DNA of 64,000 nt, from NCBI GenBank assembly GCA_934481515.1, contig CAKSPO010000003.1, forward strand, positions 4,250 through 68,249, in the 5' to 3' direction. How positions within the stretch are numbered: the stretch's first letter is position 1; each line of letters starts with the position of its first letter. The notes beneath the pieces were generated by a model. It worked only from the letters and a program-made list of their open reading frames with translations, was not told the origin of the DNA and made no database searches. This DNA comes from an uncultured Eubacteriales bacterium. GTDB taxonomy: Bacteria > Bacillota > Clostridia > Oscillospirales > CAG-272. This document shows, piece by piece, positions 26,682 to 35,577 of this stretch. The translations under genes were made by a program, and so were the position numbers.

Positions 26682-28835
26682 ATGAAAAAATTAAGATCCA
26701 TATTGCTTGTCGTATTGGCACTCGTTACGATCATTCCGCTTGCAGTAGTCAGTACCAGTGCTTCGTCGGCATACCAGACATACACCTACTCCATTTCCGG
26801 TACCGCATTGTATTCTCCGGATGCTTATACGGCAGAGCAGGCTCTCGGCTGGCGTGAGATGAAAATGGATAAGGACTTCAAAAACCCCAGCGATATCGTC
26901 ACCGATAAGCAGGAAAATGTCTACATTGCCGATACGGGAAACAACCGGATCGTGGTTTTCAACCGGTATCTGGAGTATTCGTTCTCCATTTCCGCGTTTG
27001 TCAACGATCAGGGAAACAATGACTCCCTGCAGGGACCCCGCGGCGTATTTGTCACGGACACCTCCATCTGGGCATGCGATACCGACAAGAACCGTCTGGT
27101 GGAATTTGATCTGGAAGGAAATTTTGTCCGCATCGTTTCCGCACCGGAAAGCCAGCTGTTTGATCAGAGCGCCATCTATAAGCCGATTGCCATGGCAATT
27201 GACCAGTACGGCAGAATTTACGTCGTGTCCTCCTCTACCTATCAGGGGGTCATCGTCATGGATTCCGAAGGCGACTTTGTCGGATTCATCGGGGCACAGG
27301 CGGTTACCATTTCCGCATGGGAAATCATCTGGAGACGGTTTCAGACCGATGAGCAGAAGCTGTATTCCTCCAGCAAAGTTTCCACTGAGTATAACAACCT
27401 GACCATCAATGACGAGGGCTTCATTTATGTGACGACCTCCAGTATTGATGAAAGTTCTGTCAGAGGCGCCATTACGGCCAAGTCCAAGGAAGGAAAGTAT
27501 ATGCCTGTCAAGCTGTTGAATCCCGCAGGAAGCGAGATCATGCGGCGGAACGGGTTCTGGCCGCCGGCAGGTGAAATCGACTTTTCCACGACCACCGACT
27601 CTAAGGTCAAGACAACGGGTGTTTCTACCGTAACAGACGTTGCTGCAGGTCCGGAAAAGACGTGGACCATCATTGATTCCAAGAGAAACAAGCTTTACAC
27701 CTACGATTTCGACGGAAATCTGCTCTTCGCCTTCGGTGACAGCGGATCCATGCTGGGAAGCATCTCCAACATCCGCGGTGTCACGTATCAGGGAGATACC
27801 ATGTTGGTATTGGATGCGGGAGCCGGAAACGGCGGTGTGGTGGTCTATGAGAGAACCGAATACGGTGACCTGTTGCTGGAAGCAATTGCCGCAGAGAACT
27901 CTCTGGACTTCAATTATGCGATTGAATGCTGGAACAAAGTGCTTCAGCGAAACTCCAACTTTGACGCGGCGTATGTCGGAATCGGAAATGCGCTTTACCG
28001 CAGCGGCGAGTACAAAGAGTCCCTGCACTACTATGAGGTTGCGTACGATACCGAAAACTGGTCCAACTCCTATAAGGAAGTCCGGAAGGAGTGGATGGCA
28101 AATTGGTTCTTGCTGTTGGTTGCAATCATCATCATTGTCATTGTCGCCGTGGTGAAATTCTTCACGTGGGCAGGCAAGGTCAACAAGCGGGTTGCCACGG
28201 ACGGGCGGACGCACAAAACCTTCGGACAGGAGCTTTTGTACGGATTCTATGTGATCTTCCATCCGTTTGACGGATTTTACGATCTGAAGCATGAGCATCG
28301 CGGATCGGTACGCGCGTCGCTTGTGTTCATTGTGCTGACTGTTCTGGCGTTCTTCTATCAGAGCATCGGTACCGGATATGTAATGAACCCGACCAGAGAA
28401 TTTGCATCCATCTGGATGCAGGTTATTTCCGTGCTGGTTCCGTTCTTCCTGTTTGTTTTGGCAAACTGGTGCCTGACGACCCTGTTTGAAGGAGAGGGAA
28501 GCTTCCGGGATATCTTCATCGCGTGCTCCTATTCACTGTTGCCGCTGGTGCTTCTGCTTATTCCTGCGACGCTGTGCTCCAACTGGGTGGTTGCCACGGA
28601 AGCGACGATCATCACGCTGCTTTCCACAGTTGCGTTCATCTGGGTCGGAATCCTTTTGTTCTTCGGCACGATGGTGACGCATGACTATTCGTTGTTCAAG
28701 AATCTGATCACGATTCTGGGAACCATTCTCGCAATGGCTTGTATTGTGTTTATCATTCTGTTGTTCGGTATGCTGCTGAGTAAGCTGGTTGGCTTGGTGA
28801 CCAATATCGTAACGGAAATTCAGTACCGTGTATAA
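26682..28835 (+). CDS. Signal peptide + NHL-repeat beta-propeller + TPR-like segment + C-terminal multi-pass Yip1-like membrane domain
   Basis: 717 aa. NHL-type blades include VYIADTGNNRIVVFN, IWACDTDKNRLVEFD and RIYVVSSSTYQGVIVMD. The TPR-like segment is AIECWNKVLQRNSNFDAAYVGIGNALYRSGEYKESLHYYEVAY. Five or six hydrophobic helices start at WFLLLVAIIIIVIVAVV (nt 28092-28832). Confidence 0.7.
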   Translation: MKKLRSILLVVLALVTIIPLAVVSTSASSAYQTYTYSISGTALYSPDAYTAEQALGWREMKMDKDFKNPSDIVTDKQENVYIADTGNNRIVVFNRYLEYSFSISAFVNDQGNNDSLQGPRGVFVTDTSIWACDTDKNRLVEFDLEGNFVRIVSAPESQLFDQSAIYKPIAMAIDQYGRIYVVSSSTYQGVIVMDSEGDFVGFIGAQAVTISAWEIIWRRFQTDEQKLYSSSKVSTEYNNLTINDEGFIYVTTSSIDESSVRGAITAKSKEGKYMPVKLLNPAGSEIMRRNGFWPPAGEIDFSTTTDSKVKTTGVSTVTDVAAGPEKTWTIIDSKRNKLYTYDFDGNLLFAFGDSGSMLGSISNIRGVTYQGDTMLVLDAGAGNGGVVVYERTEYGDLLLEAIAAENSLDFNYAIECWNKVLQRNSNFDAAYVGIGNALYRSGEYKESLHYYEVAYDTENWSNSYKEVRKEWMANWFLLLVAIIIIVIVAVVKFFTWAGKVNKRVATDGRTHKTFGQELLYGFYVIFHPFDGFYDLKHEHRGSVRASLVFIVLTVLAFFYQSIGTGYVMNPTREFASIWMQVISVLVPFFLFVLANWCLTTLFEGEGSFRDIFIACSYSLLPLVLLLIPATLCSNWVVATEATIITLLSTVAFIWVGILLFFGTMVTHDYSLFKNLITILGTILAMACIVFIILLFGMLLSKLVGLVTNIVTEIQYRV

Positions 28836-28858
28836 TGACCGGCAGAGGAGGTTGTAAA

Positions 28859-31800
28859 ATGAAATCCATGAAAAAAATAGTTGCGACACTCTTAGCCGTC
28901 ATTTTAACCGTCAGTGCTCTGAGCGGTCTGTTCGTTATTGAGATCAGCGCGGAGGACACGGTCGCGGAGCTTCCGAAGATTGCGGATTACCCGATCACCG
29001 TGTACAGAAACCCGCAGGAAAAGCTGGCGACCATGACAAAAATGCTTTCCCGTGACGGATATGAGCTTTGGATTGACAAACAAAGCGGCGAGGTTGCCAC
29101 GGTCGAGACGGCATCCGGAAACATCCTGTTCTCCAATCCGTATGATGTTGCAGGCTCTACCGGTTCTGTTTCCACCAAGGGTCAGCTCCTGTCGCAGATT
29201 ATTATCAACTATACCGACAACGGTATGAGCAAGCAGCTTTACAGCTATGCGGATGCTGCCTGTAACGATCAGATCAATGTACAGCGGATCAAGAACGGTG
29301 TCCGTGTCGAGTATACCATCGGGCGTGAGGACGGAAGAAAGCTGGTTCCGATCTGGATTTTCGGCGAGAGCTATTCCAAGTACATTGTTGAGCCGATGAC
29401 GGCTGCGCTGAACGAGGGAAGCGTATCTCAGTTCCAGTACGACCGTTTTATGAACTTCTGGCAGACCGTTGATATCAATAAGAAATCCTCTGCGTTTCAG
29501 GCGCAGAACATTCTGAAGTATCCGGCACTGGGCGAAGCGTATCTGTACGATGAAAACGGAATCGTTTACATCACCGAAGAGGACGGCAGTTTTTATCTGA
29601 ACAACCGGGGAGAAAAGGTTCCGCAACGCCGGATTCTGCACGCTTTCAAAACCGACCAGATCTCCATCAGCGATAAAAACTGGGCAGAGACCATGATCAA
29701 AACCTACTGCTCGGATTATTCCTACGAGCAGATGGATGCCGACCATGAAGAAACCGGCTATGTTGCAACGGATGAACAGTATCCGGTGTTCAAGATGGCT
29801 CTGGAGTATTCCATTGACAAAAACGGAATGAGCGTCCGTCTGCCCTGCAACGGATTGCGCTACGATATGACGGCATATACTCTGGAGAGTGTCAGTATTC
29901 TTCCTTACATGGGTGCCGGCAACAATAAGAACGCGGGCTTTGTTTACACGGCGAAGGATCTGGAAGGCAATGAGACGATTGAGGAAACGGTCGGATATAA
30001 CTTCTATCCGGACGGCTCCGGCTCATTGTTCGATTTCGACCAGTTGAACACCACCTCTACCACGGTGGTGCGCGGAAAGGTGTACGGACTGGACTATGCC
30101 TACCATGAAATCAGCGGTGTAACGTATCAGAAATCCATCCGGTATCCGGTTTACGGAACGGTGTCGAGCGAAGTGTATTACGAGTACTCCTATCTGGACA
30201 CGGTGGATAAGGATACCGTGCTGGTATCGGAGCGCGTTTCCCACACGGTCAAGACGCTGGAAGAGTTGAAGAAGGAGCTGGCTGACAAGACGCTGACCAC
30301 CGGAAAGCTGGAGAACAGCATCCGTGTGGAGCAGAAGGGGTTCCTTGCGATGATTGAATCCGGAGATTCCCTTGCGGAAATTTCCACCTATCATGCAGGC
30401 TCCCTCAGCAGCTACAGTATGATGATGAACTACTTCAACCCGAAGCCGAAGGACAGCTACGATATTTCCGAATCCATTTCCGTCACGTCCAGCAAGACCA
30501 TGACGGTGGTGTCCGACCGGAAATATACCGGAAGTCTTGCGTTGCGGTATATTATGCTGTGCGATAAGAACGTGGCGGCAAAGGCGAAGGAGACAGAGCC
30601 TTCCTATACGTACTACGATGCAAGCTGGCTCGGAATGGCGGAAGCCTACCGCGATTATCTCTGCGAGAGCGGCGCACTGTCGGCACTGACGGCAGACGAG
30701 GTAGAGAAGGATATTCCGCTTTACATTGAGTCGTTCGGTGCTCTGGAAACGGTTGAGACCATCGCCACGATGCCTGTCAACGTGATGACACCTTTGACGA
30801 CGTTTGAAGATTTGATGACCATGTACACCGAGCTTTCCGAGCGCGGAATCAAAAACATCAACTTCAAACTGACGGGCTTTGCCAACGGAGGAATGTATGC
30901 GACGGTTCCGTACCGCCTGAAGTGGGAAAAGAGCGTCGGCGGCAGTGACGGCTTCCGCGACCTCGTACAGAAGGCGGATGCCATCAATGCACGCGGGGAC
31001 GGTTCGCATCTGGGACTTTATCCCGACTTTGATTTCGCATACTTTACGAACACTTCTCTGTTTGACGGACTGAGTCTGAAAAAAGACGCGGTTCGTACCA
31101 TCGACAACCGGTATACTTCTTACCGGCAGTACAGCGCAACCCGGCAGAGCTACACCAGCTTCTATCAGCTGGCAATCTCTCCGTCGAGATACGACAAGTT
31201 CTACACGAAGTTGCTTTCCAATTATGAGGAGTACGGGTTGCGCACCATGTCGGTGGCATCTCTCGGAAACACACTGAACTCCGACTTTGATGAGGACGAT
31301 CCTTACAACCGCGAGGACAGCAAGGAAAACACCGTCGATGCGCTGAAGGAGATCACCGGAAAGGGATACCGCCTGATGGCAGACGGCGGCAATGCCTATA
31401 CGTGGGCATATATGGATCACCTTCTGAATGTGGATCTGGATTCCAGCCGGTATGTCAAATCCAGCGCGTCCATCCCGTTTGTCGGCGCGGTTCTGCACGG
31501 CTACATTCAGTTTGCGGGAACTCCGCTCAACAAGGAGGGCGACACCAACTATGCAATCCTCCGTGCTTTGGAGAACGGTTCCGGAATTTACTTTGTTCTT
31601 TCCTACCGCAACACGGATAAGCTGAAGGAGGATCTCTACCTCAGCCAGAACTATTCCGTGCGATATGATATCTGGCTGGAGGACGTGGTCAAATACTACT
31701 CCAAACTGAACGGACTTTTGCGGGATGTACAGACCAAAGCAATCATCGGTCATGAGTTCCTGGTCGGTGAGCGTGTCCTGGACCTGGATGAACTGGAAGC

Positions 31801-33091
31801 CGACATTGCGGAAAAGCTGAAGAATGCGATCCGCGAGGAGGATAAAAAGCAGCAGGCTCAGGAAACGGAGCAGCTGATTTCGGTTGCCGACGCATGGGGC
31901 GTGGCGTTCAATGCCGAGAAGACCATGAAAAACATTCTCAGCGCCATGCAGATTGCCAACAATGGTGAGACCGGTTCCCGCGACTATATCAACAGCTACA
32001 AGAACTTCTTCAATTCCAATAAGGATCTTTCTTCCGAGGTAACCGCATTGCTCGCCGCCATCAAGAGCGGATACGAGACCAGCACCTCCGGTGTTGAGCT
32101 TGCCAAAAAGATCGCGGAGCTGGATGCATTCCTGCTTGCCGGCGGTTCCAAGGCAGATACCGGAGAGGATTCCGGAAACACTCCTGAGGAAGGAACCGAC
32201 GCTCCGGCAACCACTGCCGGGGATGGAGTCGGGGACGGTTCTTCGACGGAAACGCCCGGCGTGGATCGGGAACTGACGGACGAGGAGCGGGAGGAGCTGA
32301 AGAAAGCGCTTTCCGAAGAGGATCTGAAGCTTGCGAACGAAATGGAAGCCGAGATTGCTGCGCTGCAGTCTGCGGTTCGGAATTCTTACCGCGATAACGT
32401 CAGCGCATTGACCACGAAAATGGCTTCTCTGCGGGAATACACCACAAAGCTGATGTCCTACTCCGCAAAGATGCAGGCATGGCTCAAGGAGGCGCAGGAT
32501 CTGTTGGTCAACCTGGACAAAGCCATTCAGCTGGTAGAGAATACACCGCTTTATGACGAGGATCCGGATACGCGTGCAAAGCTTTTGTCTGCAATGGAGG
32601 AGTACCGCGCACTTGCCGCAACGTACATGAGCAGTGTTCAGGCGCAATACAATCTGAACAAATCCTATCTGGAAGAGGGCGGAAGAAATTACGTTCTGAA
32701 GGTTGCCTGCGACGAGATCCGGAAGCACTTTGTGAACGGCTTTGCAGAAGGCGGAATTTATGCCGCAAACTACGGAGCTTATGAAGAGCTTTTCCTGTCG
32801 CTTTGCGAGAACTTCATTTTCGACGAAGAGGACATTCTGAATGCCATCAAGACGACGGACGATGACGACGGCAAGCAGGACGAAACCGTGACGGATACAA
32901 ACGACCGGTATGTTGTCAACAACAATCGGATCGTTGCGGTAACCTACGGAGACCGCAATGCTGCAACAGGCGAAAAAACGGCATACAAGACATTCGTCCT
33001 CAACTACAACACTTACGCCGTGCGTGTCACGTACAACAACATTACATATACAATTCCGAGCGGCGGATATGTAGTGGTTCTTTACGATTGA
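28859..33091 (+). CDS. 1410-aa secreted/N-terminally anchored protein of unknown function (resembles what I recall as DUF5696; possible TIM-barrel glycosidase-like core) with long coiled-coil/acidic C-terminal region
   Basis: The start is MKSMKKIVATLLAVILTVSAL (AGGAGG RBS). Core strings are ILPYMGAG, FYPDGSGSLFDF, IPLYIESFGA, NINFKLTGFANGG and LMADGGNAYTW. From aa ~985 onward it is heptad-like and Glu/Asp-rich. Confidence 0.6.
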   Translation: MKSMKKIVATLLAVILTVSALSGLFVIEISAEDTVAELPKIADYPITVYRNPQEKLATMTKMLSRDGYELWIDKQSGEVATVETASGNILFSNPYDVAGSTGSVSTKGQLLSQIIINYTDNGMSKQLYSYADAACNDQINVQRIKNGVRVEYTIGREDGRKLVPIWIFGESYSKYIVEPMTAALNEGSVSQFQYDRFMNFWQTVDINKKSSAFQAQNILKYPALGEAYLYDENGIVYITEEDGSFYLNNRGEKVPQRRILHAFKTDQISISDKNWAETMIKTYCSDYSYEQMDADHEETGYVATDEQYPVFKMALEYSIDKNGMSVRLPCNGLRYDMTAYTLESVSILPYMGAGNNKNAGFVYTAKDLEGNETIEETVGYNFYPDGSGSLFDFDQLNTTSTTVVRGKVYGLDYAYHEISGVTYQKSIRYPVYGTVSSEVYYEYSYLDTVDKDTVLVSERVSHTVKTLEELKKELADKTLTTGKLENSIRVEQKGFLAMIESGDSLAEISTYHAGSLSSYSMMMNYFNPKPKDSYDISESISVTSSKTMTVVSDRKYTGSLALRYIMLCDKNVAAKAKETEPSYTYYDASWLGMAEAYRDYLCESGALSALTADEVEKDIPLYIESFGALETVETIATMPVNVMTPLTTFEDLMTMYTELSERGIKNINFKLTGFANGGMYATVPYRLKWEKSVGGSDGFRDLVQKADAINARGDGSHLGLYPDFDFAYFTNTSLFDGLSLKKDAVRTIDNRYTSYRQYSATRQSYTSFYQLAISPSRYDKFYTKLLSNYEEYGLRTMSVASLGNTLNSDFDEDDPYNREDSKENTVDALKEITGKGYRLMADGGNAYTWAYMDHLLNVDLDSSRYVKSSASIPFVGAVLHGYIQFAGTPLNKEGDTNYAILRALENGSGIYFVLSYRNTDKLKEDLYLSQNYSVRYDIWLEDVVKYYSKLNGLLRDVQTKAIIGHEFLVGERVLDLDELEADIAEKLKNAIREEDKKQQAQETEQLISVADAWGVAFNAEKTMKNILSAMQIANNGETGSRDYINSYKNFFNSNKDLSSEVTALLAAIKSGYETSTSGVELAKKIAELDAFLLAGGSKADTGEDSGNTPEEGTDAPATTAGDGVGDGSSTETPGVDRELTDEEREELKKALSEEDLKLANEMEAEIAALQSAVRNSYRDNVSALTTKMASLREYTTKLMSYSAKMQAWLKEAQDLLVNLDKAIQLVENTPLYDEDPDTRAKLLSAMEEYRALAATYMSSVQAQYNLNKSYLEEGGRNYVLKVACDEIRKHFVNGFAEGGIYAANYGAYEELFLSLCENFIFDEEDILNAIKTTDDDDGKQDETVTDTNDRYVVNNNRIVAVTYGDRNAATGEKTAYKTFVLNYNTYAVRVTYNNITYTIPSGGYVVVLYD

Positions 33092-33110
33092 GAAAGGAGG
33101 CAATCTACTT

Positions 33111-34076
33111 ATGACAAACGAGATCAATGCCGGCATGCCGGCAGCAGCCAAAAAGAAGAAAAAGAAAATTGCCTCCCTTGACAGACGCAAGGCGCGGGCG
33201 GGATGGTTCTTTGTCCTTCCGTTCATCATTGGATTTGTCATTATTTATATTCCGATGATTTTCCAGTCCATTCAGCTGAGCTTCAGTGAGATCATTTACG
33301 AAGGCGGCGATTACTACCTGAATTTTGTCGGATTCAAAAACTATCAGGATGCACTGTTCGTTGACCCGGAGTTCGTACAGACCCTGGTCAGCGGACTCAA
33401 GCAGCTGGCATTCGACATTCCCGCCATTCTGATTTTCTCTCTGTTCATGGCGGTAATGCTGAATCAGAAGGCAGCAGGAAGAGCGTTCTTCCGTTCCGTT
33501 TTCTTCATTCCCGTCATTCTTTCCACCGGTATTATGGAGACCATTGCCAATGCCGATATTCTGAATGACTATATGGATGAGGGAAGTATAGATACGGGAG
33601 CCGGTACCAGCGCGGCGGATCAGTTGATTTCCACCATGGATATTGAGCGATTGTTTGCCAATATGAAGGTCGGAACCGAGATTGTCACCTACGTTACCAC
33701 CGCCATCAACAATATTTACGATATTGTCAACCGTTCCGGCGTGCAGATGCTGATTTTCCTTGCCGGTCTGCAGTCCATTTCTCCCGCGATTTACGAGTCG
33801 TGCAAGATTGACGGCGCAACCTCGTGGGAAACCTTCTGGAAGATTACCTTCCCGATGATCAGCCCGATGATTCTTGTCAACGGCGTTTATACCATCATTG
33901 ACTCCTTCACCACCGAGAGCAATCAGGTTATGGTCTACGTCAAAAAGGTGTACAGCGAATCCAGTGAGATGAGCACGGCAATGGCTTGGATCTATTTTCT
34001 GATCGTTATGCTGATTGTTGCGGCAATTGCGGGAATTCTCTCCGCGTTTGTCTTCTATCAGCGGAAGAATGACTAA
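33111..34076 (+). CDS. ABC sugar-transporter permease (MalF-like), pair 2
   Basis: 321 aa with the EAA-loop YESCKIDGATSWETFWKITFP. AAAGGAGG RBS. Confidence 0.88.
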   Translation: MTNEINAGMPAAAKKKKKKIASLDRRKARAGWFFVLPFIIGFVIIYIPMIFQSIQLSFSEIIYEGGDYYLNFVGFKNYQDALFVDPEFVQTLVSGLKQLAFDIPAILIFSLFMAVMLNQKAAGRAFFRSVFFIPVILSTGIMETIANADILNDYMDEGSIDTGAGTSAADQLISTMDIERLFANMKVGTEIVTYVTTAINNIYDIVNRSGVQMLIFLAGLQSISPAIYESCKIDGATSWETFWKITFPMISPMILVNGVYTIIDSFTTESNQVMVYVKKVYSESSEMSTAMAWIYFLIVMLIVAAIAGILSAFVFYQRKND

Positions 34077-34095
34077 GGAAGGAGGAATTTACCTG

Positions 34096-35355
34096 ATGAA
34101 TACACCGAATGTTGAAAAGACGCCGACGATTCGGCGCGAGACCAAAAACAAGATCCGTGTCAATTTCGACCGCACACCGCTGTCGGAACGTCTGAAGGCG
34201 AAGTTCCTTTCCTTCTACTTTCTGCAAAAAGTAGTTCTGTGGATTTTCCGCATGGTTCTGATGATCGGTATTTCCTATATCGTCATTTATCCCTTCCTGA
34301 CGAAGATCGCCGGTTCCGTCATGGCGCCGGAGGATTTCGTGGATGTCACGGTTCGCCTGATTCCGAAGCACCTGTCCCTGGATATTTACCGCGGAATTAT
34401 TACAGAGCTAGGATATTTTGAAGCCCTGCGGAATACCTTCCTGCTTTCTCTTTCCTGTGCCATCGTGCAAACTCTGATCTGCTCTCTGATCGGTTACGGA
34501 TTTGCAAAGTTCAAGTTCCGCGGACGCAATCTGATCTTCCTTCTGGTCATGCTGACCATGATTATTCCGCACCAGACGCTGCAGCTTTCCATGTATATGG
34601 AATTCCGCTTCTTTGATGTACTCGGTATTGTCCGGTTGCTCAAGGGCGGCGGAATCGAATTCTTCGGACATAATATCAAGAATATCGGCGCTGTTGCAGA
34701 GGTGACGGACGAATTCGGCAGAGTGATTACAGAAGCACAGCCGGGCGTTCTCGCGGGCTTCTTCGAGAAGCTGAACGTTTTGCCGGATGCCATCCGCTGG
34801 GGAGAGCACGTTACGGCAAGCGGCATCACCGAGTATTCGGTAAATATGGAGCTGACGCAGCGCGGAATCGACCTGACCAATACCTATTTCCCGATGCTTC
34901 TTCTGTCGCTTGGCGGTCTGGCGTTCAAGAACGGATTGTACATCTTCCTTCTGCGCCAGTTCTTCCGCGGGATTCCGGACGAATTGGAAGAGTCTGCTTA
35001 CATGGATGGCTGCGGAACCTTCCGTACCTTTGTGCAGATCATTCTCCCGCTGTCCATCCCGATGATGATTACGGTGTTCCTGTTCTCCTTCTGCTGGCAG
35101 TGGACGGATAACTTCTATACGCCTCTGCTGGTGAAGATCGGAAGCACAAGCAACACGAAATTCCTGATTGACCTGATAGACGCAACCAAGATCAGTGAGT
35201 TGACCAAGGCAATCAAGAATACGGATCAGACCCTCTATACCACTGCATTCCGGAACACGTGCGGTCTTTTGATTATCGCACCGCTGGTTGTTCTCTATGC
35301 CTTCTGCCAGAACTTCCTGGTACAGGGTATCGAGCACTCCGGTATTGCAAACTGA
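34096..35355 (+). CDS. ABC sugar-transporter permease (MalG-like), pair 2, with ~95-aa extra loop
   Basis: The start is MNTPNVEKT (GGAGG RBS). It has the EAA-loop EESAYMDGCGTFRTFVQIILP. A non-hydrophobic insertion runs from FFDVLGIVRLLKGGG to RGIDLTNTYF (nt ~34608-34890). Confidence 0.85.
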   Translation: MNTPNVEKTPTIRRETKNKIRVNFDRTPLSERLKAKFLSFYFLQKVVLWIFRMVLMIGISYIVIYPFLTKIAGSVMAPEDFVDVTVRLIPKHLSLDIYRGIITELGYFEALRNTFLLSLSCAIVQTLICSLIGYGFAKFKFRGRNLIFLLVMLTMIIPHQTLQLSMYMEFRFFDVLGIVRLLKGGGIEFFGHNIKNIGAVAEVTDEFGRVITEAQPGVLAGFFEKLNVLPDAIRWGEHVTASGITEYSVNMELTQRGIDLTNTYFPMLLLSLGGLAFKNGLYIFLLRQFFRGIPDELEESAYMDGCGTFRTFVQIILPLSIPMMITVFLFSFCWQWTDNFYTPLLVKIGSTSNTKFLIDLIDATKISELTKAIKNTDQTLYTTAFRNTCGLLIIAPLVVLYAFCQNFLVQGIEHSGIAN

Positions 35356-35397
35356 TGGGGAACGGATTTCAGATTTCATCGTTTTCCCAAAGATCCG

Positions 35398-35431
35398 AAA
35401 AGGGGCGCCGCAAAAGCGGCGCCCCTTTTTG
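35398..35431 (+). terminator. Strong rho-independent terminator ending the 7-gene operon
   Basis: AAAAGGGGCGCCGC-AAAA-GCGGCGCCCCTTTT followed by TT. Confidence 0.9.
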
Positions 35432-35535
35432 TGAAAGAATCTGTAAACGGAAAAACGATTGGCTCCCATCGGTTTTCGGCGAAAACGCAGCCCGCCTCCG
35501 CTTTCTCAGGGGATAACATGGTTCCGGATCAAGGA

Positions 35536-35575
35536 ATATGCACCGCTAAGGTCAGACGCCCTTAGCGGTGCATAT
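35536..35575 (-). terminator. 16-bp perfect palindromic hairpin 2 nt downstream of the obg stop
   Basis: ATATGCACCGCTAAGG pairs with CCTTAGCGGTGCATAT. The U-tract is weak. Confidence 0.4.
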
Positions 35576-35577
35576 AC

